From positions 352,001 through 416,000 of the forward strand of contig CAWBAN010000003.1 in the NCBI GenBank assembly GCA_963786935.1: a stretch of DNA of 64,000 nucleotides, given 5' to 3'. The notes under the pieces are model-generated. The model was not told the origin of the DNA. It saw only the letters and a program-made list of their open reading frames with translations, and made no database searches. Positions 21,036 through 30,229 of the stretch are shown in pieces; positions within the stretch are counted from its first letter, which is position 1, and every line of letters starts with the position of its first letter. The DNA is from an uncultured bacterium. Lineage in GTDB: Bacteria; Krumholzibacteriota; Krumholzibacteriia; Krumholzibacteriales; Krumholzibacteriaceae. The translations under genes were made by a program, and so were the position numbers.

Positions 21036-22038
21036 GCGTCGCGCCGAGCCCGGGGCCTTCCGGCAGCACGAGCTTCCCGTTCAGCGTCGTCACGCCCGAA
21101 GCGGGATCGTTCCGCACGAGGATATTGCCGTCGAGATCGGCATAGTCGACGAGCGGCGAGATCTGCGCCGCCGCCGTGATGCCGATCGAGCTCTCGATCA
21201 TGCAGCCGAGCATCACGTTCATCCCGCACGCGCGCGCCGCGCGGATCATCCGGAGCGCTTCGAGCACGCCGCCGCATTTCATGAGCTTGATGTTGATGCC
21301 GTGAAACGCTCCGGCGAGCGCCGGAACGTCGCTCGCGACCCGGACGCTCTCATCGGCGAAGATCGGAAGCGACGTGCGCGCGGCGAGCCATCGGATTCCT
21401 TCGAGATCCGCCGCCGGGAGCGGCTGCTCGACGAACTCGACGTTCTGTCCCTCGAGCCACCGCATCTTCTCGAGCGCCTCGTCCCGGGTCCAGCCCTCGT
21501 TCGCGTCGACGCGCACCGGCCGGTCGGTCGCCGAGCGCACCGCCTCCATGATCTCGCGGTCGTTCTCGAGCCCCATCTTGATCTTGAGCACGGGGAATCC
21601 CGCAGCCTCGCGGATCTTCTCCGCCACGATCGCCGGTTCGTCGATGCCGATCGTATACGACGTCACGGGGGTCTTGCCGGGATCGAGGCCGAGATGGGCG
21701 TAGAGGGGCGCGCCGAGACGCTTGCCGAGCAGATCGTGGAGCGCGATGTCGATCGCCGCCAGCGCCGCCCACTCCCCGCCGAGCGCGCGGGCGGCCCGCT
21801 CGACGGCCTCCTCGACGCGATCCGCCGGCTCGAGGAGCGCCGCGTCGAGGGAGGCCAGCGCCCGCTCCGCCGATTCCGCGCTCTGTCCGTAGCGGGGGGA
21901 GGGGGCGGCCTCGCCGAATCCCTCGAGTCCGCCGTCCTCGAGACGGACGATGACTGATTCCCTGAACTCGTCGGCGCTCCGCGCGATGCGGAACGTATGC
22001 CGCAGCTCGAGGCGCGCCCGTGCGAACGATATTTTCAT
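20986..22038 (-). CDS. L-Ala-D/L-Glu dipeptide epimerase (enolase superfamily)
   Basis: GFGEAAP, LKIKMG, VDANEGW, EQP, ADES, NIKLMKCGG, GCMIES and DLDG motifs; start MKISFARA. Confidence 0.92.
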   Translation of the reverse strand: MKISFARARLELRHTFRIARSADEFRESVIVRLEDGGLEGFGEAAPSPRYGQSAESAERALASLDAALLEPADRVEEAVERAARALGGEWAALAAIDIALHDLLGKRLGAPLYAHLGLDPGKTPVTSYTIGIDEPAIVAEKIREAAGFPVLKIKMGLENDREIMEAVRSATDRPVRVDANEGWTRDEALEKMRWLEGQNVEFVEQPLPAADLEGIRWLAARTSLPIFADESVRVASDVPALAGAFHGINIKLMKCGGVLEALRMIRAARACGMNVMLGCMIESSIGITAAAQISPLVDYADLDGNILVRNDPASGVTTLNGKLVLPEGPGLGATLREGPVASALGRRPAR

Positions 22039-22194
22039 GAATCCTCCCGCGCGGGAAGCGCGCGGCCCGGTCCCGCCACCCCGCCGCTTTCGGTTTCCAT
22101 TATTCGGCGACTCCGGTATAATAGGCGCGGAGCTCGTTTCGAACAAGGTTCCAGTTCTCGCCACGTTAGAAGTTTTGTCGCAGGAGGGGATTGC

Positions 22195-23808
22195 ATGGCA
22201 CCAAAGGCGCAGTCGCGGCGGAGGCGTACAGTGCACAAGGAGTATCCGAAGGACGTTGCCGATATCGTCTTGAGGGCCTTCGACTACACGACGGACGGCA
22301 TCATCGTGGGAAGGCTGAGCGACGGGGTCGTTTTGTATCACAACAAGGCCTGGCTCAGGATACACGCGCTCGACGAAAATACCGACATGCGCGGCAAGGT
22401 GTTCCGCGAGTTCGAACGCGCCGAGCTCCTGCCCGTCCTGGACAAGGTGACCGAGGAAATCCGCAAGCGCGGCTCCTATAGCTATCAAATCGGAACGGTC
22501 CGCAGGGACGGCGTGTATCACGACGTTCATATGGCGGCCAACGTCATACGGGAATGCGATCCGCCCGTCGTCATCGTGATCCTGCGCGAGATCACCGATC
22601 TCGTGCAGATGAAGAGCGAGATCGCGCGCCGCAACGTGGAGCTCGAGCTTCTCAACGAGATCCACCGGGTCGTCGCGCGCGCGCGAAGCCGGAAAACGGT
22701 TATCAGGAAAATGCTCGCGCTGCTGCGCGATTTCGTCGGGGCGAAGTTTTGCGGCTTCTACCTCATCGATCACGCCAATAAGGACGCGGTCCTCATCGAT
22801 GAGATCGGTCTCCCCCCGGGCACGAGGAAAAAGGTGATGCATATTCCGCTCAACAAGAACAGCGCGTTCGCGGGCATCGCGAAATCGCGGCATACCTACG
22901 TGTTGGAAGAGGAAATGCCGGATCACGACGGAGGAAGAGCCGATATACGGAAGGCTCTGGGGATCAAGCGGACGATCGGGACCGTTTTCAAAACGGGCAC
23001 GAACCGGGATTATATGACGATCTTCGGCCTTCCGGAAGCGGAGTCGGTGGATCCCGAAATCCGCAGCTTCTTCGATACGGCGGCGAAGCAGTTCGTCATG
23101 GTGATCGAGCGGGTCGAGCTCCTCGACGCGCTCGAGAAACACGAGCGGGACCTCAACGACTTGACGAGGCGCCTGATCGATTCAGGCGAAGAGGAGAAGC
23201 GCCGGTGCTCTCTCATCCTCCACGACGAGATCGGTCAGGCGCTCACCGGGCTCAAGTTGGAGCTCGAACTGCTCGAAAAAGGTCTCGGCCCCCTCGATTC
23301 CTGCACGAGGAAATCCATCGAGGGGATACGGAGGCAGGTCAGGTTCGTCGCGGAGAGCACCCGGACGATCGCGAAATCGTTCCATCCCGCAATGCTCGAC
23401 GAGCTCGGATTCGTGCCGACCCTTCACTGGTATGTCGATAACTTCGTACGCGGCGACGGGCTCGAAGTGGCCTTCGAGGACGCGGGTTTCGACGAGGATC
23501 TGCCGGCGCCGGTCTCGCTTGCCCTCTACCGCGTGGCGCAGGAGGCCCTCACGAACGTCGTGCGGCACGCCCATGCATCCAGGGTGTCGATTTCTCTGAC
23601 AAAGGGCTATCCATATGTTATAATGGAAATCGAAGACAACGGCCGGGGGATATCGAAGCAAAAGACGAAAACGAAGACGCGCGGCCTCGGGCTCGTGAGC
23701 ATGCGGGAGAGGATCGAGTATATGGGCGGAACCGTGCGCATCAAATCCTCTCCGGGAACGGGCACGAAGGTGCGGGTCAAGATGCCGATCGGGGCGGTCA
23801 ATGGCTGA
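22195..23808 (+). CDS. Cytoplasmic PAS/GAF sensor histidine kinase (HisKA_3, NarX/UhpB type)
   Basis: PAS region; LHDEIGQAL H-box; QEALTNVVRH, DNGRG and GLGL motifs; GGAGG RBS. Confidence 0.9.
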   Translation: MAPKAQSRRRRTVHKEYPKDVADIVLRAFDYTTDGIIVGRLSDGVVLYHNKAWLRIHALDENTDMRGKVFREFERAELLPVLDKVTEEIRKRGSYSYQIGTVRRDGVYHDVHMAANVIRECDPPVVIVILREITDLVQMKSEIARRNVELELLNEIHRVVARARSRKTVIRKMLALLRDFVGAKFCGFYLIDHANKDAVLIDEIGLPPGTRKKVMHIPLNKNSAFAGIAKSRHTYVLEEEMPDHDGGRADIRKALGIKRTIGTVFKTGTNRDYMTIFGLPEAESVDPEIRSFFDTAAKQFVMVIERVELLDALEKHERDLNDLTRRLIDSGEEEKRRCSLILHDEIGQALTGLKLELELLEKGLGPLDSCTRKSIEGIRRQVRFVAESTRTIAKSFHPAMLDELGFVPTLHWYVDNFVRGDGLEVAFEDAGFDEDLPAPVSLALYRVAQEALTNVVRHAHASRVSISLTKGYPYVIMEIEDNGRGISKQKTKTKTRGLGLVSMRERIEYMGGTVRIKSSPGTGTKVRVKMPIGAVNG

Positions 23809-24454
23809 CAGAATCAGGGTCGTCATCGTTGAGGATCATACGATCGTCCGCGAAGGTCTTCGGCCCCTTCTCGAGGGGAGGGGTGTCGAGGTCATCGGCG
23901 AGGCCGGGGACGGCCGTGAGGCGGCGCGGCTCGTCAAGGAGCTCGCTCCGCAGGTCGTCATCATGGACGTAGCGCTCCCGCATCTCGGCGGCATCGAGGC
24001 GACCCGCAGGATCGTGAAGAGCAATCCCGCGATGAAGGTCATCATGCTCACGATCCACGACGAGCCGCAGTACGTTTTCAAATCGCTCGAGGCGGGGGCC
24101 AAGGGATATCTCGTCAAGGAGGCGCCGCTCGAGGAGCTCATGACGGCGATCAAGGCCGTCATGAACGGGGAAACCTACCTGAGCTCGAACTTCCCGCCGG
24201 GCCTCATGGAGTCATACGTCAAGATGGCGAAGCGCGGGAAGAAGGCGGACGAGTTCAGCCAGCTGACGAGGCGCGAGCGGGAGATCCTCCAGTACATCGC
24301 CGAGGGGCATACGAGCCCGCAGATCGCCAAGATGCTGTTCATAAGCAAGAAGACCGTCGAGAATCACCGTGCTAACATTATGGAAAAATTAGACATACAC
24401 GATACGGCCGGTCTCGTGAGGTACGCGATAAAAATCAAGCTTGTCGAAACCTGA
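23801..24454 (+). CDS. NarL/LuxR-family response regulator
   Basis: REC domain (VEDH, IMDV, GYLVK) plus LTRREREIL...KTVENHRANIMEKL HTH; overlaps the HK stop. Confidence 0.95.
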   Translation: MADRIRVVIVEDHTIVREGLRPLLEGRGVEVIGEAGDGREAARLVKELAPQVVIMDVALPHLGGIEATRRIVKSNPAMKVIMLTIHDEPQYVFKSLEAGAKGYLVKEAPLEELMTAIKAVMNGETYLSSNFPPGLMESYVKMAKRGKKADEFSQLTRREREILQYIAEGHTSPQIAKMLFISKKTVENHRANIMEKLDIHDTAGLVRYAIKIKLVET

Positions 24455-24522
24455 TCGGGAACGTATCTTGTCCCGCGGATGTACAAGAGGGGTGGAGGGG
24501 TGAAAATGAGGCGTTCTACTTA

Positions 24523-24551
24523 TTGTATTGTTTCTCCCTGTCCACTATAGT
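24523..24551 (+). promoter_or_regulatory. Sigma70 promoter with no downstream plus-strand CDS
   Basis: TTGTAT-17 nt-TATAGT. Confidence 0.6.
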
Positions 24552-24556
24552 TTAGA

Positions 24557-24872
24557 TGAAAGCTCAACAGGGACTGTTCGAAGGCAAGCACAGAAGAATT
24601 ACAAAATAGGAAGAATATCAGGAGGTAGAGACTAGCGCATAGTCCATACCGACAAGAAGTCCGAATGAAGGGTTTTGCCGCCTGACTAAAATGCGGAGCC
24701 TATCCCATCCTACCAAAAAACCCCATCTCTTCCCCTAGGAGATGAGCCGCTTATCTGGGAAAAGCTCCCACCTGGCAACAGGATCGAACCTTCAACGCTC
24801 CGGTGAGAGTCCCTTAGGATCGCTTTCCACACCAAATGGAGCTGGGGTTCACGTCAGGCGGCAATTTTTTTT
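24557..24872 (+). ncRNA. Candidate structured non-coding RNA (about 310 nt; family unknown, strand not certain)
   Basis: Promoter upstream; 12-bp inverted repeat TTGCCGCCTGAC (24675) / GTCAGGCGGCAA (24852) enclosing nested stems; T8 tract directly after; no convincing ORF. Confidence 0.5.
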
Positions 24873-24892
24873 GCCCGCGCCGGGGATCGAAC

Positions 24893-25315
24893 TTACCGGC
24901 GCGGCTCGCTTGCCGCGGCGGCCTCGAGGATCCGCACGAGACAGCGTCTCGTCCGGGGGCCGTCGAACTCGCAGAAGAAAATCGCCTGCCAGGTGCCGAG
25001 AAGAAGCTCTCCGCCGCTCACCGGAACGAACGCCGATACCCCGACGAGGGAAGATTTCACGTGCGCGTCCGAATTGCCTTCCGCATGCCGGTATCCGTCC
25101 CCTTCGGGGATCAGCTTCGAGAGCGTCTCGGCGATGTCCCGGGCGACCGCGGGATCGGCCTTTTCGTTGACGGTGACCGCCGCGGTCGTGTGGGGGACAT
25201 AGATATGGCAGATCCCTTCCGCGACGCCGCTCTGTTCGAGGATCGTCCGGACACCGCTCGTGATGTCGACGAGCTCGTTTCGCGAACGGGTGCGAACGGG
25301 TAGTTCATGAACCAC
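24893..25315 (-). CDS. yjbQ: YjbQ (UPF0047) family protein
   Basis: VPHTTAAVTVNE, HAEGNSDAHVK and LGTWQAIFFCEFDGPR motifs; AAGGAGG RBS before GTG 25315. Confidence 0.93.
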   Translation of the reverse strand: MVHELPVRTRSRNELVDITSGVRTILEQSGVAEGICHIYVPHTTAAVTVNEKADPAVARDIAETLSKLIPEGDGYRHAEGNSDAHVKSSLVGVSAFVPVSGGELLLGTWQAIFFCEFDGPRTRRCLVRILEAAAASEPRR

Positions 25316-25377
25316 GGCGGCCTCCTTCGCGTTGTCGAAGGCGCGCGCCTGATGCGGCGCCTCGCGCACATGAGCAC

Positions 25378-25406
25378 TTGACCGTTTGCCGAACGATCCC
25401 TATAAT
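25378..25406 (+). promoter_or_regulatory. Near-consensus sigma70 promoter of pepD
   Basis: TTGACC-17 nt-TATAAT. Confidence 0.75.
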
Positions 25407-25448
25407 AGACGATTCTCGCGCGTGAATCAATTTCAAGGAGGTCGACGC

Positions 25449-26915
25449 ATGTCGCTGAGCGGTCTGGAACCCAAGAACCTGTGGAAGCATTTCGATAAGA
25501 TCCGGAGCATTCCCCACTGCTCGGGGCAGGAGGCGAAGCTCGCCGAGTATCTCCTGGCCTACGCGAAAGGGAAGGGGCTCGAGGCCGAAAAGGACAAAGC
25601 CGGGAACGTCGTGATCCGCGTGAGCGCCACGAGCGGCCACGAGAGCGCGCCGACCGTCGTGCTGCAGGGGCACATGGATATGGTCGGGGAGAAGAACTCG
25701 GACGTCGCGCACGATTTCTCGAAAGACCCGATCCAGCTCGAGTTCCAGGGCGAATGGCTCAAGGCGAAGGGCACGACGCTCGGCTCCGACAACGGCATCG
25801 GGCTCGCCGCGGCCCTCTCGCTCATCGATTCGAAGGACGTCGTCCACGGGCCGCTCGAGCTCCTCTTCACCGTCGACGAGGAGGTCGGGCTCACGGGCGC
25901 CGGCAAGCTCAAGCCGGGTTTCGTCAAGGGCGGCATGATGATGAACCTCGACAGCGAGGAGCTCGGCGCCGTTTACATCGGCTGCTCGGGGGGCGGGGAC
26001 ACGACGCTAAAGCACGCGATCGAGTTTCTCGACGCGCCCGCCGGGACGAAGGGATTCGTTCTCAAGGTGACCGGGCTCCGCGGCGGCCACTCCGGCATCG
26101 ACATCATCGAGCAGCGCGGCAACGCGATCAAGATCATGGCGCGTTGCCTCTGGAAGGCCTCGCGCACGCAGCCCATTCACCTCGCCGGATTCCGGGGCGG
26201 CAACAAGCGCAACGCGATCCCGCGCGAGGCCGAGGCCGATCTCATGATTCTCGAGACCGCCGTCGACGAGATCTCCGCTCTCGTCGGCGACGAGGCGGCG
26301 AAGATCAAGGACGAGCTCGGCGGCCGCGAGGCCAATCTCGCCGTCCGGCTCGAGCCGTCGGACCGCTCGTTCTCCCGGATCATGGAGGCGCAGTCCCAGA
26401 AACGGCTCCTGAATCTCCTCGTCGCCCTGCCGCACGGCGTCGCGGCGATGAGCTACGATATCGCGGGGCTCGTCGAGACGTCGAACAACCTCGCCACGAT
26501 CGCGACCGGCGGGAGCGATATGACGATCGGGCTCTCGACGAGGAGCTCGATCGCGAGCGCGCTCAAAGCGCTCCGCGAACGCATCCGGGCGACGGCGGAG
26601 CTCGCCGGCGCCGCGGTCGAGGAGAACGATCCCTATCCCGGCTGGAAGCCGAATCTCGATTCGAAGCTACTGGCCGTCGTGAAGGCGGTGCACCTGCGGG
26701 AGTTCGGCGTCGAGCCGCAGCTCAAGGCGATCCACGCGGGGCTCGAGTGCGGCATCATCGGCGAGAAGTTCCCCGGCATGGACATGATCTCGATCGGCCC
26801 CTGGATCGAGCACCCGCATTCCCCCGACGAGCGGGTCAACATCCCGTCGGTCGACAAGTTCTATACGCTTCTCAAGGCGGTGCTCGCCGAGCTCGCGGCG
26901 AAGCGTGCGGCGTAA
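25449..26915 (+). CDS. pepD: Aminoacyl-histidine dipeptidase (M20C)
   Basis: LQGHMDMV, TTLGSDNGIG, TVDEEVG, NLDSEE, GGHSG, HAGLECG and HSPDE motifs; AAGGAGG RBS. Confidence 0.95.
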   Translation: MSLSGLEPKNLWKHFDKIRSIPHCSGQEAKLAEYLLAYAKGKGLEAEKDKAGNVVIRVSATSGHESAPTVVLQGHMDMVGEKNSDVAHDFSKDPIQLEFQGEWLKAKGTTLGSDNGIGLAAALSLIDSKDVVHGPLELLFTVDEEVGLTGAGKLKPGFVKGGMMMNLDSEELGAVYIGCSGGGDTTLKHAIEFLDAPAGTKGFVLKVTGLRGGHSGIDIIEQRGNAIKIMARCLWKASRTQPIHLAGFRGGNKRNAIPREAEADLMILETAVDEISALVGDEAAKIKDELGGREANLAVRLEPSDRSFSRIMEAQSQKRLLNLLVALPHGVAAMSYDIAGLVETSNNLATIATGGSDMTIGLSTRSSIASALKALRERIRATAELAGAAVEENDPYPGWKPNLDSKLLAVVKAVHLREFGVEPQLKAIHAGLECGIIGEKFPGMDMISIGPWIEHPHSPDERVNIPSVDKFYTLLKAVLAELAAKRAA

Positions 26916-26938
26916 GGTGGGACCCGGCGCCGGACCCG

Positions 26939-27009
26939 GCGCCGGACATTCCCGTTCCGAGCCCAGTCGCGGAGCCTCCAATGGGCTCGTTCACGGGAAT
27001 GTCCGGCGC
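26939..27009. repeat. Long intergenic inverted repeat (17-bp perfect outer stem plus 8-bp inner stem), preceded by a 12-bp tandem duplication
   Basis: GCGCCGGACATTCCCGT / ACGGGAATGTCCGGCGC and CGAGCCCA / TGGGCTCG; GGACCCGGCGCC occurs twice from 26920. Confidence 0.8.
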
Positions 27010-27063
27010 AGGGGCGGGGGCCCCATCAGCGTCCCCCGCTATTCGTAGAGTAAAGAGCACATG

Positions 27064-27103
27064 AAAAAGCGGCCGGACCCGAAAGGGCCCGGCCGCTTCG
27101 TTT
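27064..27103 (-). terminator. Intrinsic terminator of pruA (possibly bidirectional)
   Basis: AAGCGGCCGG-a-CCC-GAAA-GGG-c-CCGGCCGCTT hairpin with A5 on the left (U-tract on the minus strand). Confidence 0.8.
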
Positions 27104-27122
27104 ACAGCCGCTGCTGCGATTC

Positions 27123-28754
27123 TTACTCCTCCGCCATGTACGGGTAGCGGTAGTTCTCCGGCGGGCAGTACGTCTCCTTGATCGTCCGCGGGCTCGTCCA
27201 GCGGATCATGTTGAGGAGGCTTCCCGCCTTGTCGTTCGTGCCGGAAGCGCGGCTTCCGCCGAACGGCTGCTGGTTGACGACGGCGCCCGTCGGCTTGTCG
27301 TTGATGTAGAAGTTGCCCGCCGTGTCGGCGAGCGCCTCGGTCATCATGACGATCGCCTGCCGGTCCTGCGCGAAGATGGCGCCCGTGAGCGCGTATGGCG
27401 AGGTCGTCGAGACGAGGTCGAGCGTCTTCGCGAGCCGGCTGTCGTTGTAGACGTAGATCGTGATCACGGGCCCGAAGATCTCATCGCGCATCGTCTTGAA
27501 GTCGGGCTTCTTCGCCACGATCACCGTGGGCTCGACGAAGTAGCCCTTGCGATCGTTGCAGCCGCCGCCGGCGATGATCTTCGCGTCACGGGAGCGCTTC
27601 GCGTAGGCGATGTATCCCTTGATGCTCTCGAACGCCGCCTTGTCGATGACGGCGGTCACGTAGTTCCGGAAGTCCTTCGGATCGCCCATCTTGATCGTCG
27701 AGATCTCGTGGAGGAGCATCTTCTTGACCCGCGGCCAGAGACTCTTCGGAATGTAGGCGCGCGAGGCGGCCGAGCATTTCTGGCCCTGGTACTCGAAGGC
27801 TCCCCGCACCATCGCGATGACGAGAGGCTTCACGTCCGCCGACGGATGCGCGAAGATGAAGTCCTTCCCGCCCGTCTCGCCGACGATTCGCGGATACTGG
27901 TTGTAGTTCCTGATGTTGGTGCCGATCACTTCCCACATCCGCTGGAACGTCGAGGTGCTGCCGGTGAAGTGAACGCCCGCGAGATCCGGGTGCGTGAGCA
28001 CGAGGTCGCCGACGACCGAGCCCGGTCCCGGGATCATGTTGATGACGCCGTCCGGGAGTCCGGCCTTCTTGAGGATTTCCATGATGTAATGCGCCGAGTA
28101 GACCGCGCTCGAAGCGGGCTTCCACACGCAGGTGTTGCCCATCATTGCCGGAGCGGTCGGCAGGTTCCCCGCGATCGCGGTGAAGTTGAACGGGGTCACG
28201 GCGAAGACGAATCCGTCGAGCGGCCGCGCCTCGCTCATATTCCACATGCCGGGGGACGATTCGGGCTGCTGGCCGAGGATCGTCTTCATGAAGTACACGT
28301 TGAAGCGGAAGAAATCGATGAGCTCGCAGGCGGAGTCGATCTCGGCCTGGAACGCGGTCTTCGACTGGCCGAGCATCGTCGCGGCGTTGAGCGTCGCGCG
28401 GTACTCTCCGGCGAGAATGTCCGCCGCCTTCATGAACACGGCGGCGCGCGCCTCCCACGGGAGCGCCGCCCAGCCCTTCTTCGCGGCCATGGCCGCCTTG
28501 ATCGCGGCCTCTACCTCGCGCTTGCCCGCCTTGTGGTACGTGCCGAGCACGTGCTTGTGGTCGTGGGGCATGACGCAGAGGCCCGTCTTTCCCGTGCGGA
28601 CGTTCCGTCCGTTGATGACGCACGGAATGTCGATCTTCTTGCCGCTGAGCTCCTTCAGCTTCGCCTTCAGCGCGGTTCTCTCTTTTGTGCCGGGGCCGTA
28701 GGTCAGGTTCGGCTCGTTCTTCGGCATCTCGATCTTGGGGATGCTGTTGATCAC
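27123..28754 (-). CDS. pruA: 1-pyrroline-5-carboxylate (glutamate-5-semialdehyde) dehydrogenase
   Basis: PFNFTAI, FTGST, GETGGK, FEYQGQKCSAAS, EIFGP and NDKPTGAVVNQQPFGG motifs; GGAGGT RBS before GTG. Confidence 0.95.
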   Translation of the reverse strand: MINSIPKIEMPKNEPNLTYGPGTKERTALKAKLKELSGKKIDIPCVINGRNVRTGKTGLCVMPHDHKHVLGTYHKAGKREVEAAIKAAMAAKKGWAALPWEARAAVFMKAADILAGEYRATLNAATMLGQSKTAFQAEIDSACELIDFFRFNVYFMKTILGQQPESSPGMWNMSEARPLDGFVFAVTPFNFTAIAGNLPTAPAMMGNTCVWKPASSAVYSAHYIMEILKKAGLPDGVINMIPGPGSVVGDLVLTHPDLAGVHFTGSTSTFQRMWEVIGTNIRNYNQYPRIVGETGGKDFIFAHPSADVKPLVIAMVRGAFEYQGQKCSAASRAYIPKSLWPRVKKMLLHEISTIKMGDPKDFRNYVTAVIDKAAFESIKGYIAYAKRSRDAKIIAGGGCNDRKGYFVEPTVIVAKKPDFKTMRDEIFGPVITIYVYNDSRLAKTLDLVSTTSPYALTGAIFAQDRQAIVMMTEALADTAGNFYINDKPTGAVVNQQPFGGSRASGTNDKAGSLLNMIRWTSPRTIKETYCPPENYRYPYMAEE

Positions 28755-28852
28755 CGGGTACCTCCGTCTGTTCAGGTTGCTCCTATTGAAAAACAGGGCC
28801 TCTGCCCTGCAGGGTGACCTCACGATGAAAAGCGGGCAGAAATACGGTGTGC

Positions 28853-28881
28853 AATATAACACAAAGGCGCTGATGGGTCAA
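28853..28881 (-). promoter_or_regulatory. Sigma70 promoter of pruA
   Basis: Minus strand TTGACC-17 nt-TATATT. Confidence 0.65.
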
Positions 28882-28941
28882 CAGGGGGGCGGGCCCGCGC
28901 AGCTGGGGGGGGTACCGGCGCCCGCCATGGGCGGCCGGGCT

Positions 28942-29976
28942 TCACCGGGCGCCGTTCGCGCGCGCCCCGGCGACGTCGGAGGTGTCCGCGGTCGCGCGCA
29001 GGTATGCGTCGTAGAGGCGCTTCTGCTCGTCGCCGCGGAAGGGGCTCATGTAGTGAAAAAAGTCGAACATGGCGAACGATTCGACGAAGGGGGATTCGGC
29101 CTCAATCTGGGCCAGCACGCGCTCGATGGGGGCCGGCTCCCGCCCGCGCCCGGTCGTTCGATGCCGGAATATCTCGATATCGCTCCAGAGCGCGATTTCC
29201 TCGTCATCGCAGATCTCCCGCATGACCCGGAAATACGGGACCACCTTCGTGTCCATGCGCTTCTCCCAGCGGTTCGCGCCGACGCCGTCCTGCAGGATGA
29301 CGATGTCGATGCCGGAGCCGGCGAGCATATCGCCGAAGAGCTTCCGGAACGCTTCGGGGGTCGTGCTCTGCGCGAGGCACGCGGAGACGGCGACGGGCTT
29401 TCCGCCGGAGAGGGCGCGGCAGTGGTCGCTCTGCCGCCGCAGGAATCCGCGGAGCGCGGCGACGTGCTCGGGTTTGAAACCGTAGTACCGGAGCTCCTGC
29501 GGGATGTACCATCCGGCGAACGACGGATGGCGCCCGTAGCGGGCCCAGGCCCGGCCGGCGAGCCGCATGCTCAGCGTCCCGGCGCGTTCGAGGTAATTCG
29601 GATACGTGATGCGCTCGTGCCAGCGGTCGATCGTCGCGAGCCCGAGAAACACGCGCATACGATGCTCGTCCGCGTACTCGAGGATGACGCGGGTGGGATC
29701 GCACGCCGCGGAATCGGCCGGAATGAAGCGCTCGTTTTCGTGCTCGAGCCACTGGACGATCACGAGATCGATGCCGGCGCCCCGCATCGCGTCGAGCTCG
29801 CGTCGCCACGCGGCCTCGTCCATCTCCATCATCCAGTCCTGGTACTGGACGAAGGTTCCTTCGATGCGCCGCTTCGAGGGGGGCCTCGCGCGGGCTCCCG
29901 TCTCCGCGCCCGACGCCGCGGCGCTCAGCAGCAGCGCGAGCAGGGTGGCGACGAAGCACTGCGTCACGGTTATCAT
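28942..29976 (-). CDS. Secreted DUF4434-like TIM-barrel (glycoside hydrolase-like) protein
   Basis: Signal peptide; GTFVQ...W..E...M...GIDLVIVQW, HPSFAGWYIPQE and LQDGVG motifs. Confidence 0.7.
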   Translation of the reverse strand: MITVTQCFVATLLALLLSAAASGAETGARARPPSKRRIEGTFVQYQDWMMEMDEAAWRRELDAMRGAGIDLVIVQWLEHENERFIPADSAACDPTRVILEYADEHRMRVFLGLATIDRWHERITYPNYLERAGTLSMRLAGRAWARYGRHPSFAGWYIPQELRYYGFKPEHVAALRGFLRRQSDHCRALSGGKPVAVSACLAQSTTPEAFRKLFGDMLAGSGIDIVILQDGVGANRWEKRMDTKVVPYFRVMREICDDEEIALWSDIEIFRHRTTGRGREPAPIERVLAQIEAESPFVESFAMFDFFHYMSPFRGDEQKRLYDAYLRATADTSDVAGARANGAR

Positions 29977-30034
29977 GTCGAGTTGATTACCCCCCTTCTC
30001 GACCATTTTACCACTATTGCCCCGTCGGTGGCTA

Positions 30035-30064
30035 TTGACTTTATTCGAGGGAAGCTGTTATCTT
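30035..30064 (+). promoter_or_regulatory. Sigma70 promoter upstream of tRNA-Trp
   Basis: TTGACT-18 nt-TATCTT with an extended -10 TGn. Confidence 0.6.
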
Positions 30065-30096
30065 GATGAGGTTTCGCGCCTGATAACGCAGGCTTC

Positions 30097-30169
30097 AGGG
30101 GTGTAGCTCAATTGGCAGAGCATCGGTCTCCAAAACCGAGGGCTGCAGGTTCAAGTCCTGCCACCCCTA
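30097..30169 (+). tRNA. tRNA-Trp (CCA anticodon), CCA end not encoded, discriminator A73
   Basis: Acceptor AGGGGTG/CACCCCT; D-arm GCTC/GAGC; anticodon stem TCGGT-CT-CCA-AA-ACCGA; T-arm GCAGG-TTCAAGT-CCTGC. Confidence 0.97.
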
Positions 30170-30229
30170 ATTTTTTTGCCCTCAGGCGGCGTCCGGGCGG
30201 GCGCGCCTGAGGGGAGGGAGACGCCGGGA

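Noticed and set aside
24506..24550. 14-codon ORF MRRSTYCIVSPCPL with an upstream GGAGG
   Set aside because: Overlaps the predicted promoter and is too short to support without conservation data.
24775..24895. Two GTTCGATCC T-loop-like motifs on the minus strand suggesting a tRNA remnant or att site
   Set aside because: No T-stem or cloverleaf can be built and no integrase is nearby.
24742..25303. Plus-strand ORFs 24742..25170 and 24836..25303
   Set aside because: No recognisable motifs, mostly antisense to yjbQ, and poor RBS spacing.
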